Of a DNA stretch of 64,000 nucleotides, positions 27,596 to 39,008 are shown one piece after another. This stretch comes from Podarcis filfolensis. Taxonomy: Eukaryota. Location of the stretch: the NCBI GenBank assembly GCA_964270895.1, contig OZ185438.1; one strand, written 5' to 3'. Numbering within the stretch: position 1 is the stretch's first letter; each line of letters begins with the position of its first letter. The notes beneath the pieces are model-generated. The model was not told where the DNA came from. It did not search any database and saw only the letters and a program-made list of their open reading frames with translations. Position numbers and translations under genes: made by a program.

Positions 27596-30500
27596 CTTTC
27601 CTCTCTCTGTCAACACCATGGAAAGCTAAGCACCTCTTTGGCAGCACTGAATGAAGCGCCTCTTGTCTCTCTGCCGCCGCCACTGAGGACAGATCAAGAG
27701 TGCTCCAGAAACTGGAAGAAACACTCTGATCTGCTATGATGTATCCGAAGCCATTTCCAGCACTAGGAAAAGGTTGAGAGGAGTCCTTCCTCTTTTGGAA
27801 GTTCTCCCATTCTGTTGTCAATGGCTGCACTGGGGAAAGGAAAGGTGCTTTGGTGTGGGGGCAGTTGTATCATTCTTTCTCTCTGCTTTCAGCCCAGTGG
27901 AGGTCCACACCAGAAACAAAACATCTGGCATGCGTTGGGGCCAACAGCATGTACCACCAAGCACTGACCACCACTGAACAGAGACCATCTGCATATCTCC
28001 GTGCATCTGTATGTATGTGTGATCTACATACGTGTGTGTGTGTGTATATGTGTGTGTCCGGTATGCTTTTCTTACTGGATGTGTATGTACACAAGAGTCT
28101 GAGTGAAAGCGGACCACTTTGATCACCCCAACTTTTTCTTTGGCTACACCCACCATTGCCTGCGGTCCTTGTTAACGTTGGCCAACAGGGAATTCAGCCA
28201 CCAGCCCAACAAAGGTTATGCACTTTTCAAATTACATCCGGATTTTAAAACCTATAAATCATATTTCCCCCCCTTTCTCTTCTCCCATGTTTCTTTTAAA
28301 ATCACATCATTTTCACTTACATTCCCCTCCCCGCCCCCCGCCACACCCCCCCATGCAATCTTAAAGATAATCTTTCCTCTTGTGGCAACAGCCTCTTAAT
28401 GTTTCTGTCGAGAGCAATTAAAATAAATGGTCCCAAATTGACATTTGTGATATGAAGTATTACTTCAGGATGGAGGATGTGATTTGGGACTGGTGGAGCG
28501 TTAAAAGCATGCCATAAAGTGGCTGAATAGATGTGCGTCAGAATGCCAAATCAAAAACCCTCTGCAAGTATTCCGACATTCTGGAAAATATTTTCTTTAA
28601 TGATGACATTTGAAAAACAGTGCCTGCCATTTTAGAACAGGAGTTATTATGTTTTCAATATCTCCTACTCAGGCCTTGCTTCTTTTCATTCTCATGATGT
28701 CCTTGCATCTACTTAAGGAAGCTGTCTGACTAAAGGGGGAAAAAAATATGACAAACATCTATTGTGAAGGTGAAGCATCCCTGTAATGGTACCCATCTAT
28801 TACAACCTGTCCATCAGTTCTACTCCTGTATCCTGGGGAAGGGATGAAAATCTCTCACCCCCAAACTCATCATATTGTTTGAGCATAATTAAATATGGGA
28901 GGTTTTATTTCTGGATATGTAGGCAGACTTTGAAGCTTCAAGGTTTTAATTACTCTTAATTATGGTGTCAAAGAAATCACTAGGGATTTTTACTGAGCCC
29001 TGCAATCCTCCTCCTTCTCCTCTCAGATGAAGTTCAACAGCTGTTATAGAGTTACAGAAAAACAAATGCGAAATTGGAAAGCTTGGACATTCAAACACAT
29101 GAGAGAGAGTGAGCAAGGGAGAGAGAAATCGAGGCTTGGGCTTTCCCACATTTTAATTAAAGCAACATATGATGACAAACTGCATAGATTTTAAATATTG
29201 GAATGAAAGTTGTGCTCAGGTACATAACAGTAGCTCATCACTGCTACTGCTTCTATCGCAAGATCCCTTAGCACCTTCGGATATTACAAAAATATTACAG
29301 AGAAACTTGCGAAGGCCACCATTAAATCCCTCTCTCCCCAAATCAATCATAAACATCTAACTATTTCTAGAGCACTTTCAGCAGGTTTGTGAATTTCAGT
29401 GCTGACCTCTTCCTGGTTCCCTTAACAGCAGAAACTATATAATAGAGAGTTCTTAAAACTTCTTGTTTCAGGTTACCTCTGTGACATGGACAACTTTGCT
29501 TGTAAATTTTTAAGTGTACTGGCTGGTGTCAAAGGAACAGTAACAACTCATAAAAAGGTTAGCAATGGTTGCCTGTAGAGCACTTCTATATTTTCTGCAG
29601 CTACTGTACATTCAAGAACACTTATATGCACACACATCTAAGAGTCTTGATTAGGCAAGAACTCCCAATGTGCGCCCGAGTGTTTTAGATGCATGTCTGT
29701 CATTCATACTTTGGCCCAGTTTACACACAATGATAAACCATTGTTTAATATAAGCTATGGTTTAACGGGCGTGATCATTCTTCTCCTCCCCAGCTATTGA
29801 CTGCGCAATAAGCCTCTGGGAGGTGTGAAACAGCTGTGTAAAACTGCATCTGCTGCAAACCTGACTGCGACATAAATTAGGGATCTGCTCTCAGTGCGCC
29901 AAGTTAAACCTTTAAAGAAGCAAAACAAAACATATTGACCAAGATATCAAAATAAGTACCTAGCAGCTAAAAGCCTGCTTGCTTTTGTTTTTCTAACTGC
30001 CCATATAAACGAACTGACCCACCCAAACTTCCCAACCTGATAACCCCATAACTGTCCTGGCAAAACCATTTTTTGTGTGTGATCTCGCCCTGACAAAAGC
30101 ACTTTTTCTGAAGTGGCAAGCTCGCTTTGTTCCCCAAACATGTGTTTTTGGGTGGCATGCTCTCATGCAAGACCACGGCCCTGAAAAAAAGCTAATTTTG
30201 GGGACCATGACCTTGTGCAGGTCACGTGACTCGGCCAGGAGTGAAGCCCAGAATACACACATCCCAGTTTCGGGACTGCCCTGGACATGCTGGCAATCAA
30301 TGCATACATGTTGGCAATGATTTCTAGATTTGATGTGGCAGCACTGATACGGCCCTCCCACCTGTAAAGGAAAATTGAAAATATGATAAAGCCATTCTAA
30401 TTAGCAATAAAGGTGGCACGTTAAGAAAGACTCCATGCTGACTCCTCAATGTGTGTGGAGAAACACTGGGAGATGGCAGCAAGTAACACAGGGGGACATA

Positions 30501-31377
30501 GTCTTTTCAATGTACTTTCATTTCTCATATGGTTCATATTCTATGGGACTAACTATTCTAAAGCAACTGCAAATTTGTGCTCAGTCCAGAGGAAAACAAA
30601 GCTACAAAGCCATTTTAATGAAAAGGACATTCAATAACTGCCCAGGGTAAACTAGGGGGACCTGATTCCCTCAATAAAACCCACATTAGCCTCAAAGGAT
30701 ATGAAGAAGCAAATGATTTAACATGGTTTCCTCCCATAAGAAAAATGAATATAATAAAAGCAGAAAATTTCACTTGGTTTTTGCTAGCTGCGGGGGGAAA
30801 GAGGGTCAGATTATTTTCTCTGCATCCTGACATAGATCAAGTGCACCACCGAAAAGTATAAAATGAAAACCAAATGTGCACACATGGTAGATTTCTTTAG
30901 AATACAAATATTCATACCCTTTGGATGTGTTCTTTCACACCCACTATTAAAGCAAGATTGCTATTTAACTCAGGAAGCGATATGAGTAGAAAAATAGTGG
31001 ATAGATGGTTAGGAGGGAACAGGACACAGTGGAATTATTCACGGTTTGTAATGTGTTATACAAAATAATTGGTTTTGAAACATGTACATCTTCAGGAGTG
31101 TTTGGTTTAATAATTCCTCACTCACATCTTGCGCTTTTACAACTTTTTTCTACTCACTAGGGTTCATCAGCGTTGATGTGAAATAGTGAACAGACATTTA
31201 CCACACACCAATCCGCACGACACATTTCCCACAACTAACATTTAAGCCGTGATTCTGTATTATGAAAAGGAGCTCTGAGTTTCATCCCCTCTCCTTCCCT
31301 GGCAAACAAAGATTAGAAATTTCCAGGACCAGTTTGTGCCTAAACGTAAGTTTGTTGTTTCATCTAAACAAGCAAAC

Positions 31378-31418
31378 CTTGGTTTGTGATCACTTATAAA
31401 CCAGGATCACAAACCAAG
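31378..31418. repeat. Perfect 14-bp inverted repeat with 13-nt spacer
   Basis: CTTGGTTTGTGATC (31378-31391) / GATCACAAACCAAG (31405-31418); probably a relic of a palindromic DNA element. Confidence 0.85.
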
Positions 31419-31454
31419 CTCCGTAAAGCGTGTTCTCCCTAAAATGAGAGCATG

Positions 31455-32233
31455 TGTTGCGGTGGGGTCTGCCAAGCCAACCCTCTGTTGCCAGGCAGGT
31501 AAAGGGAAGCTGGCCTGGGGCAACAATTGGATGGCTGGGTTGCTGGGGCTAATTGCATGTTGCAATGTGGTGGGTGGGACCAAAGGCTTTAAATATTGAG
31601 GCACTCAGCTTTTGCTTTCTCTTTTACTGAGTGCATCGGATCACCCGCCGGCCCTGAGTTCCAGTTGACCTTGTTATGCCTGTCATGGGGTCGTCTGCCG
31701 TTGGGGCAGGGGCCTAGTAGGAATTTTGTCCATTTGGCTGATTGGCTGGTGCCATTTGGTTTTTGCCTACTACTTAGCAATTCGTCACAACTTGTAAGGT
31801 TGCGGATAGGCATTGGTTATAAAATTGGTTGGAGGAGGGGTAAGGATAGGCTGGGCCTGCCCCTCCAATGGTGGTGTGGAAGGGAATTCCGTTAAAGGAA
31901 TCCAGGGGCTTGCCACGATTTCGTCCAATCCCTGGAATGGGGCTAGGGCCGGCAAGCCCTGGGGAGCAGGTTGGGTGAGCGGTGAGGGCCTGTGACTCAG
32001 CTCCATTGCTCCCCAATATTGTTTTCCCTTCACTGGCTTCCAATGGAGTTCGGAAGTCAGTTCTGTCCCAGGCGGGGGGGACAGATAGTTTTAACCAATG
32101 CCTAAGCAACCACTCACAGATTATGTATTTTAATAAAGTTGTGGCCAAAATTATGCCAAAAACCTTAAACAAAAATTATGTGTGAATTGTGAATTATTTT
32201 GAGGGGTGGCTTGGGGACCTTGACACGCAATCA
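31455..32233 (+). mobile_element. Candidate long solo LTR (ERV/Gypsy-like; DIRS-like not excluded)
   Basis: Termini TGTTGCG...CGCAATCA, TATA-like TTTAAATA at 31588-31595, AATAAA at 32132-32137; GC-richer than the flanks; TSD not clean. Confidence 0.5.
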
Positions 32234-32450
32234 TCGTTTGTAGGGAACTACAAAACTTTTTTTGCCTATTCAGATAAATGGTGAACTGTGGCTTGCCACA
32301 AAGAGGCAACAAAAGTTTATAATCTCAGTACACAAGGGGAAGAGGGAGGGAGAGCAAGAGGAGAAAGAATGAGTACTGGGCTCACATGCTTTCTCAGAGA
32401 CCAAATCATGGCTTGGTGTTATGTCAAAATGCAACATTATTAAAGGCAGT

Positions 32451-32492
32451 ATTATTATTATTATTATTATTATTAGTAGTAGTAGTAGTAGT
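32451..32492. repeat. Compound (ATT)n(AGT)n microsatellite
   Basis: Read directly from sequence. Confidence 0.95.
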
Positions 32493-33537
32493 ATTAGCAA
32501 TCAAAAACAAAAGAACAATACAAAACGAACACTTAAGACACATCCTATTTTATCTAGCTTGAATGACCACACCAATGAACAGAATAATTCTAAATAAATG
32601 GGAAGATTCCTATCTGAGAATACTGAACCACCACAGCTTTCCCTCCCTCTCTTCCTGCCATCCCCACTATTTTCTTTCCAGTAAATTGTTATCGCTTTGT
32701 CTTGTGCTCTTTCCTTCCTAGCGCACAGGATAACCTTGGGGATAATAACTGCTTTGAGGTTATATCCTGGGGAAGGTGACAGAGTTATATTTAATTTCCT
32801 TCCAAAGCGAGAATGCTGAGGCTTCCTCTCTTGATAGACATTTTAGGCCTTCCCTGCGTTGAAAATGGAGGTTGAAATTTCACAAATGTATTTTCCATCA
32901 AAGGGGGTAGAGGTGGGAACTATCCCTGAAGTAGGAAACTTAATTTCAGAAGAAGAAAAACAAACGAACCAATGACCAGGACTAGGAGTCTCAACTATAC
33001 TGGCATCGTCTTAGATTTAAGTTCCTAAAGAGGAGCAGTGGGATCTCTTATATATAGGATTCCTTTTTGGAGGTGAAAATAGGAGAGACTGGACTTATAT
33101 AGCTGCCCATTTTGGCAATTATTTGGGAAAGGAGAAACCCAGGAATTAATGTGGCTTAATTAATTAGGAATGGTGAAAAGAGAAAGCTAGTCACCTAGGT
33201 CTACCCCTGCTCAAGTTGCTAGATATTTTGTTTTTTAATGTTTGATGTTTTGTTGCGTTTTTATATAATGTTGTAAGCCGCCCAGGGTGGCTGGGGAAAC
33301 TCAGCCAGATGGGTGGGATATAATATTTTTAAAATAAATAAATTAAAGGTTATTACAACTGAAACTGCTAGACCCAAATGCATTATTTGCTCTCCCTTAA
33401 TAATCTAATTGAAAAGTAAAGGGGCCAAGCATTATCTACTAACTGGACTTGACATTGTAGACCCAGGGTGATATTCAACCAAGTTTCACTTACGGTACAC
33501 CAACTGAACATGACTAAGTTAGGTCCTTTAATTCCAA

Positions 33538-33894
33538 TAAAGGTAAAGGTAAAAGGACCCCTGACCATTAGGTCCAGTCGTGGCCGACTCTGGGGTTGCG
33601 GCGCTCATCTCGCTTTATTGGCCGAGGGAGCCAGCGTACAGCTTCCGGGTCATGTGGCCAGCATAACTAAGCTGCTTCTGGCGAACCAGAGCAGCGGACG
33701 GAAACGCCGTTTACCTTCCCGCTGGAAGGTACCTATTTATCTACTTGCACTTTGACGTGCTTTCGAACTGCTAGGTTGGCAGGAGCAGGGACCTAGCAAC
33801 GGGAGCTCACCCCGTCGCAGGGATTTGAACCGCTGACCTTCTGATCGGCAAGTCCTAGGCTCTGTGGTTTAACCCACAGCACCACCCGCGTCCC
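33538..33894 (-). mobile_element. Sauria SINE, full length
   Basis: Canonical head and tail; 11-bp TSD TTTAATTCCAA (33527-33537 / 33895-33905). Confidence 0.96.
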
Positions 33895-35071
33895 TTTAAT
33901 TCCAAAAGGTCTACTCACCACTCCTTCTTTTGGGAGTGCTAATCTGCCATACAGCTGTGAAACAGGACTTAAAAGTGGAGGAGAAATAGCTAATGAACCT
34001 ATCCCCTCCTACCATTTCCCCCTCTGCAAGCCATCCCTGAAGCTGGATTTCGTCTGGCTAAGAGTGAGTCCAGACAGGAAGACAGAAGTAGATTTAGGGG
34101 AGCAGGACTGGACTGCTGCACTGGGTGAGGGGCTTCAGGGACACCACAGGGGATGCTGCAACTATGAGGCAGAATGAAAGGCAAGGGGGAGGCCACCAAA
34201 TTTTGGTGTTGCACAGGACACCAAAGTATTACCTCGCCCCCCACTCATCACACTTCATTGGTTTGAGACCCCAAGGTCCTGCCACTGAAGAGAAAAATGG
34301 ACAGGTAATGCAGTTACAGAAGCAAACGCATCAGAGGACCAGAAGCCTCCAGCACCCCATTTTTGCCTGTCAAATTATCCCTCACCTCCCTGCTTTATAA
34401 CTCTGCAACCAGACCTGTGTTTTTCAAGGCACCTCTAGTTGGTACTTAAGTTCCAGCTGGTTCTTTCTGTATTTCTCTTACACTAATTTCATAGTGCTGG
34501 GTTGCAATAACGAGGCTAGATACAAATCCCACGCTATTTGAAAGCTGAGAAAATGTTTAATGCTTGGGTTCCGCTCCTCTTGAAACAGATAATAGCACCA
34601 GCTGAGGGAATATCTGCAAACTCCACTTACTGCCTGATTGTCTAGCAAATATCACCAAACGCTTACAAAAATGGAACTGTACGGCGGTGAATAGACCCAA
34701 TTGTTATTAAAATACATGCAGCACATTCTGACGTGCAATGTGGTTGACAGCCTCAATCTTATTCATCATTAGATCAAGGAGTCACAGCCCAACAGTAGAG
34801 CACGTGACTTGCATGCAAGAGCCTATGGGTTCAATCTTTGACATTTCCCCTTAAAAAAAATCCTAGCTAGCAGGTATGGCAAATACACCCCCCCCTTAAG
34901 GCCTAGAGAGCCTCAGCCTATCAGAGCAGATGGTTCTGTTGAGCAAGGTGGTCGAACCTTCTCACTCATTAAAGGTGCCATCAGATCAGTATTACCTCCC
35001 CCCCACTCCACCACACCTCATTAGTAGCCTGTGTAAATGCAAAAGTTTTAGATCAATATGTTCTATACCTA

Positions 35072-35427
35072 AAGGTAAAGGTAAAGGGACCCCTGACCAT
35101 GAGGTCCAGTCGTGACCGACTCTGGGGTTGCGGCGCTCATCTCGCTTTATTGGCCAAGGGACTCCACGTACAGCTTCCGGGTCATGTGGCCAGCATAACT
35201 AAGCTGCTTCTGGCGAACCAGAGCAGCGCACGGAAATGCCGTTTACCTTCCTGCCAAAGTGGTACCTATTTATCTACTTGCACTTTGACGTGCTTTCAAA
35301 CTGCTAGGTTGGCAGGAGCTGGGACAGAGCAATGGGAGCTCACCCCGTCGCGGGGATTCAAACCGCCAACCTTCAGATCGGCAAGTCCTAGGCTCTGTGG
35401 TTTAACCCACAGCGCCACCTGCGTCCC
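35072..35427 (-). mobile_element. Sauria SINE, full length
   Basis: Canonical structure; 7-bp TSD ATACCTA (35065-35071 / 35428-35434). Confidence 0.96.
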
Positions 35428-35534
35428 ATACCTAGGCCCCTTCTAAAGAACCACTTGAAAGTTGCATCAACATGTGCCTGGGCCCAGGTGTTGCACATGC
35501 CAGCATGCCCTGCCTCCCTGGATAGCTCAGTTGC

Positions 35535-36205
35535 TGTCAGGGACCGTGCTGAGGAGGGCTGCACTGAGGAAGAATTGGGGAGCCACCCCCTTCTCCTGAT
35601 CCTGAATCTTCCCAGGAGCAGGAGGACAGTATAGATTTGGAACAATGGTTTGCAGAGGGACATAGTTCGGAAGGCAGTAGCTGGAAACAGTGGCGTAGCG
35701 TGGGTTGTCAGCACCCGGGGCAAGGCAAGTAATTTGCGCCCCCTAACCCGTGGATTTTAGTAGGGGCAGAGAGCTGCGAGTGCGAGCGCGCCCCCCCAGA
35801 TGTTGTGCCCGGTGCGGCTGGCCCCCCCTGCACCCCTCACGCTACGCCACTGGCTGGAAAATACTGGATGGGGAGCAGCTAGCAGAAGAAACTCTAGAAG
35901 AGAGTTAACAGATTCACAGTCTCTGGATAGTATCCACCCCACTTCCCCAAAGTCACAGAGAGTTCAGAAGTGTCAGAACAGAAAGCACAGAGGCTACAAT
36001 CTCAGATTACAAGATGTAGGAGTGATGTAGATTAATAGGGACGGAAGGGGGAGTGACCTTAATTGGGAGCACCACCATTCTGGTTAGACACTTTCTTTTG
36101 TTCTTCGCTGTGTTTATTAAAGAAACTAACTGGCAAGAATTCCCTTTCGTTTGATCTGCTCATTTATGGCCACGGGGGAGGAAGCTGACTCCCCAAAGCC
36201 TGACA
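35535..36205 (+). mobile_element. Solo LTR (about 498 bp without the nested MITE)
   Basis: Inverted termini TGTCAGG...CCTGACA; perfect 5-bp TSD GTTGC (35530-35534 / 36206-36210); ATTAAA at 36116-36121. Confidence 0.9.
35688..35852. mobile_element. Young hAT MITE, 165 bp
   Basis: Perfect 15-bp TIR CAGTGGCGTAGCGTG / CACGCTACGCCACTG; perfect 8-bp TSD GCTGGAAA (35680-35687 / 35853-35860); CpG-rich. Confidence 0.95.
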
Positions 36206-38059
36206 GTTGCTTAGAGCATGGTGCTGATAATGCCAAGGTTGCAAGTTTGATCCCTGTATGGAACAACTGCATTGCAGAGGTGTGGACTAGAGGATCCTCA
36301 GGGTCCCTTCGAACTCTACAATTTTATGGTTCTATGGGTACAGCAGTACATGTGAAAGCTTCCATGCAATCTGGGGTGACAAAGCTGCAGGCATGGGCAC
36401 CAGGGAGTGGGGCAAGCTGCCATGTGCAACGTCGAGGGCAGGGCGACTCAGCCTGGTGCCACTCCCAAGTCACACGACAATACAATGTCTGGCCCATTCT
36501 AAAAAAAGGGCTATTGAATTTTGAAATACTGGAGTGAATTGATATATGGGCAGCAGCATTTATTCAAATCCAATACAAATTAACTGGTGTTGCTTTTTTC
36601 TACGGAATCTGCAAAGCTTATGATGGATGCATTTATATTCAGAGCTATTTTTCTAGAAGAAGAAAAAAGGTTCGAGAACTCCGCATGACCACCACACTTA
36701 TTCTGTTATAAAGGCAATAGCGCCCACCTGAGAGGGCCCAGAACTGAGTTCCAGCTGAAGAAAAGCCCTGTTTATTTTTTGCTGTACACCATCCTGATAT
36801 TTTGTATGAGGGGCAGGCTCTCTCTCTCTCTCTAATATTAAGTATATTCTGCTGAGCTGAATGTTATATTTAATTACAACAGAAAATTAAAACATAATAA
36901 GATATATTCCACAAGGTTTAATCTTAGGCCAGCACAGAACAGCTCAAACGCTGTTGTCAAAGGACATATGGCTCTCTGGAGAAATAAAATAAAATAAAAT
37001 GCCGCTCTCCTCAACACATAGCTTTTAAAACTTCTTGAGTGCCACTAGGTGGCGATCACGTTCTTTATGCACAAAACAGAATCCATGCCAGTGTTTTAAG
37101 ATAAATAGAATGGGGTTAATCATTATTCTTTTGGTGTTTGGGACTGATGCCGGATCTCTCCTTATGTGCTACAAAATTATTTAGAAAAGTTTTCTTTTTT
37201 TAAAAAAACCCCCTCAATGTGTTTTGAAAGTAGTAGGTTTTGGTTTTTTTGGAAATACTGAATTGCCCACAGCATGCTGAACCATATTCTACCATGGGCG
37301 TGGTGGGTGGTGAAGCAGCATTGCGTGAAATCTCTTACAATCACTAAACATTTTCACATAACAAATAATAAACAGCATTGCCTTGAGAACAACCACCATG
37401 TTCTACTACTATATATGGTAAAAAGGTCTTTTAGAGATAGGCCGGCAATACACACAGCCACCATAGTTCTGATAAGACATTTATGTCGCTTGGGTGCTAG
37501 CAAGAGAAGATACGAAAATTGTTCAGGATGAGCGAAGTTTCTGCCAGGCCTAATTACTGAGAGTAATCATCACTGCCTAAGGAAACAGGGCTGAGGGATG
37601 TTTGCAGCGACCATTTCTGCTATTGGCAGGACTCTTGCTGCATCCCTAATACGTACTGTTGCTTTGTGGGGTTTGGGGCCAAAAAGCAGTATATAAATAA
37701 ACTGTCTCATAGTATGCAATGATTCCCTGCACTGTCTGGGATGAGGGAAGAGAAGAAAATAGAGGTTTCTTCTCTATATCACTTCTCAGAAGAGCACATT
37801 TCGTTATCACCACTGGGGACATTTTGTTTTCTTAAGCTTTCCATAACTTTTCTATTCCTACAAATTTCTTCAGTTCTCCATAGCTTTTCTATTCTTATAA
37901 AGTCATATGTCATTTTACAAAATGAGACCCCATAGCTCAAAACAGCTCCCCCACCTTCTCATACACATCAGGCTGTTTTTCTCCCAGATGCCCTATGGAT
38001 GTCATGCCAGACCACAGTAGGGGATTAGCAGCGGTCCAAGATTTTGATGTCTGGACAGT

Positions 38060-38280
38060 TGCTTTATCTTATATAGATCTGCCTGAGTGTTAAGATGCGC
38101 TGAGAAGGCCCTGCTGGCAGTTCTTCCACCATGAGAACCTTGCAGGGTGGGAGTGCAAGAGAGGGCTTTCTTGTGGTGGCCCCCAAATCGTGGAATGCTC
38201 TCCGAGTCAAAGTACATCTGGCCCCCTGCTTTTCAACAGCGGGTTTCAACACATGCTTTTTGCCCAAGACTTTTGGTTCT
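38060..38280 (+). mobile_element. Degraded L2 3' fragment
   Basis: LRCAEKALLAVLPP...REGFLVVAPKSWNAL resembles the L2 C-terminus at 17500-17600. Confidence 0.6.
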
Positions 38281-38357
38281 TCTAAAACAAATTTATTTAT
38301 TTGGTTTTTCAAATTAAAATTTTACAGAGAGATATCAAACAAAACAAGATTCCAAGG

Positions 38358-38601
38358 TGTTATGTACTGAAGTTCTTACCCTGGGCCAGCAGGGGGATAC
38401 TGTAGATAGTTTTCACTCAGGTCCACGTCAGTTATTTTAGGCGGGAAACCCTGGGTTGTTGTTGCTACAATGTTGACAGCCGGCTGCCAATAAAAGCAGG
38501 CCGGCTGAGCTGTTTGCTGTTCAGTTCTGTCCAGCTTACAAGTAAAGAGCTGCTCTGGAGAAATCGCTGTGTCGTCTGCTATGTTCGCCCACAACTTAAC
38601 A
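38358..38601 (+). mobile_element. Solo LTR, 244 bp
   Basis: Termini TGTTA...TAACA; 5-bp TSD CAAGG (38353-38357 / 38602-38606). Confidence 0.88.
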
Positions 38602-38984
38602 CAAGGAATCTCCTGGACTTCCAGTCTCCCCTCTGTGGGTCTTTTGGGAGTAGAGGATGAGATCTGAAGTTCCCTTGCCATACTGCTTTTGCTGGCACTG
38701 GTTGTTATTTATAATTGGTTTTGATTGTTGCCTTTGCTATGCTAAACTTGACAGAGTTTTATTCGTTGTCCCAAGCTGTGTGTAATGTACCCTGGCTGGG
38801 ACACCTTGGTGAAAGGCAGGCTATACAGACATATATGTATATTATTTATTTCCTATAATAGTAGCTCCAAAGTGGACAATTTGTGTTGGAGAATCAGCAC
38901 AAATGGAAACAGTGAAATTCTCCCACGTACTGTGGCAACAGTTTAAATTAGCCTCCCCACCAACTACTTTTGAAAAATGAATGA

Positions 38985-39008
38985 ATAGATAGATAGATAG
39001 ATAGATAG
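38985..39008. repeat. (GATA)n microsatellite
   Basis: Read directly from sequence. Confidence 0.9.

Larger units (their letters stand above)
35519..36336 (+). mobile_element. tRNA-Ile-headed, CR1-tailed SINE split by an LTR (pieces 35519-35534 and 36206-36336)
   Basis: Rejoined GGATAGCTCAGTTGCTTAGAGCATGGTGCTGATAATGCCAAGGTTGCAAGTTTGATCCC resembles tRNA-Ile(AAT); CR1-like tail; uninterrupted relative at 61897-62008. Confidence 0.85.

Noticed and set aside
27368-27830. ORFs spanning the N run
   Set aside because: Artefacts of translating an assembly gap.
29947-30361. Cluster of overlapping 64-122 aa ORFs
   Set aside because: No recognisable domain or splice-consistent structure; probably an unclassified old repeat.
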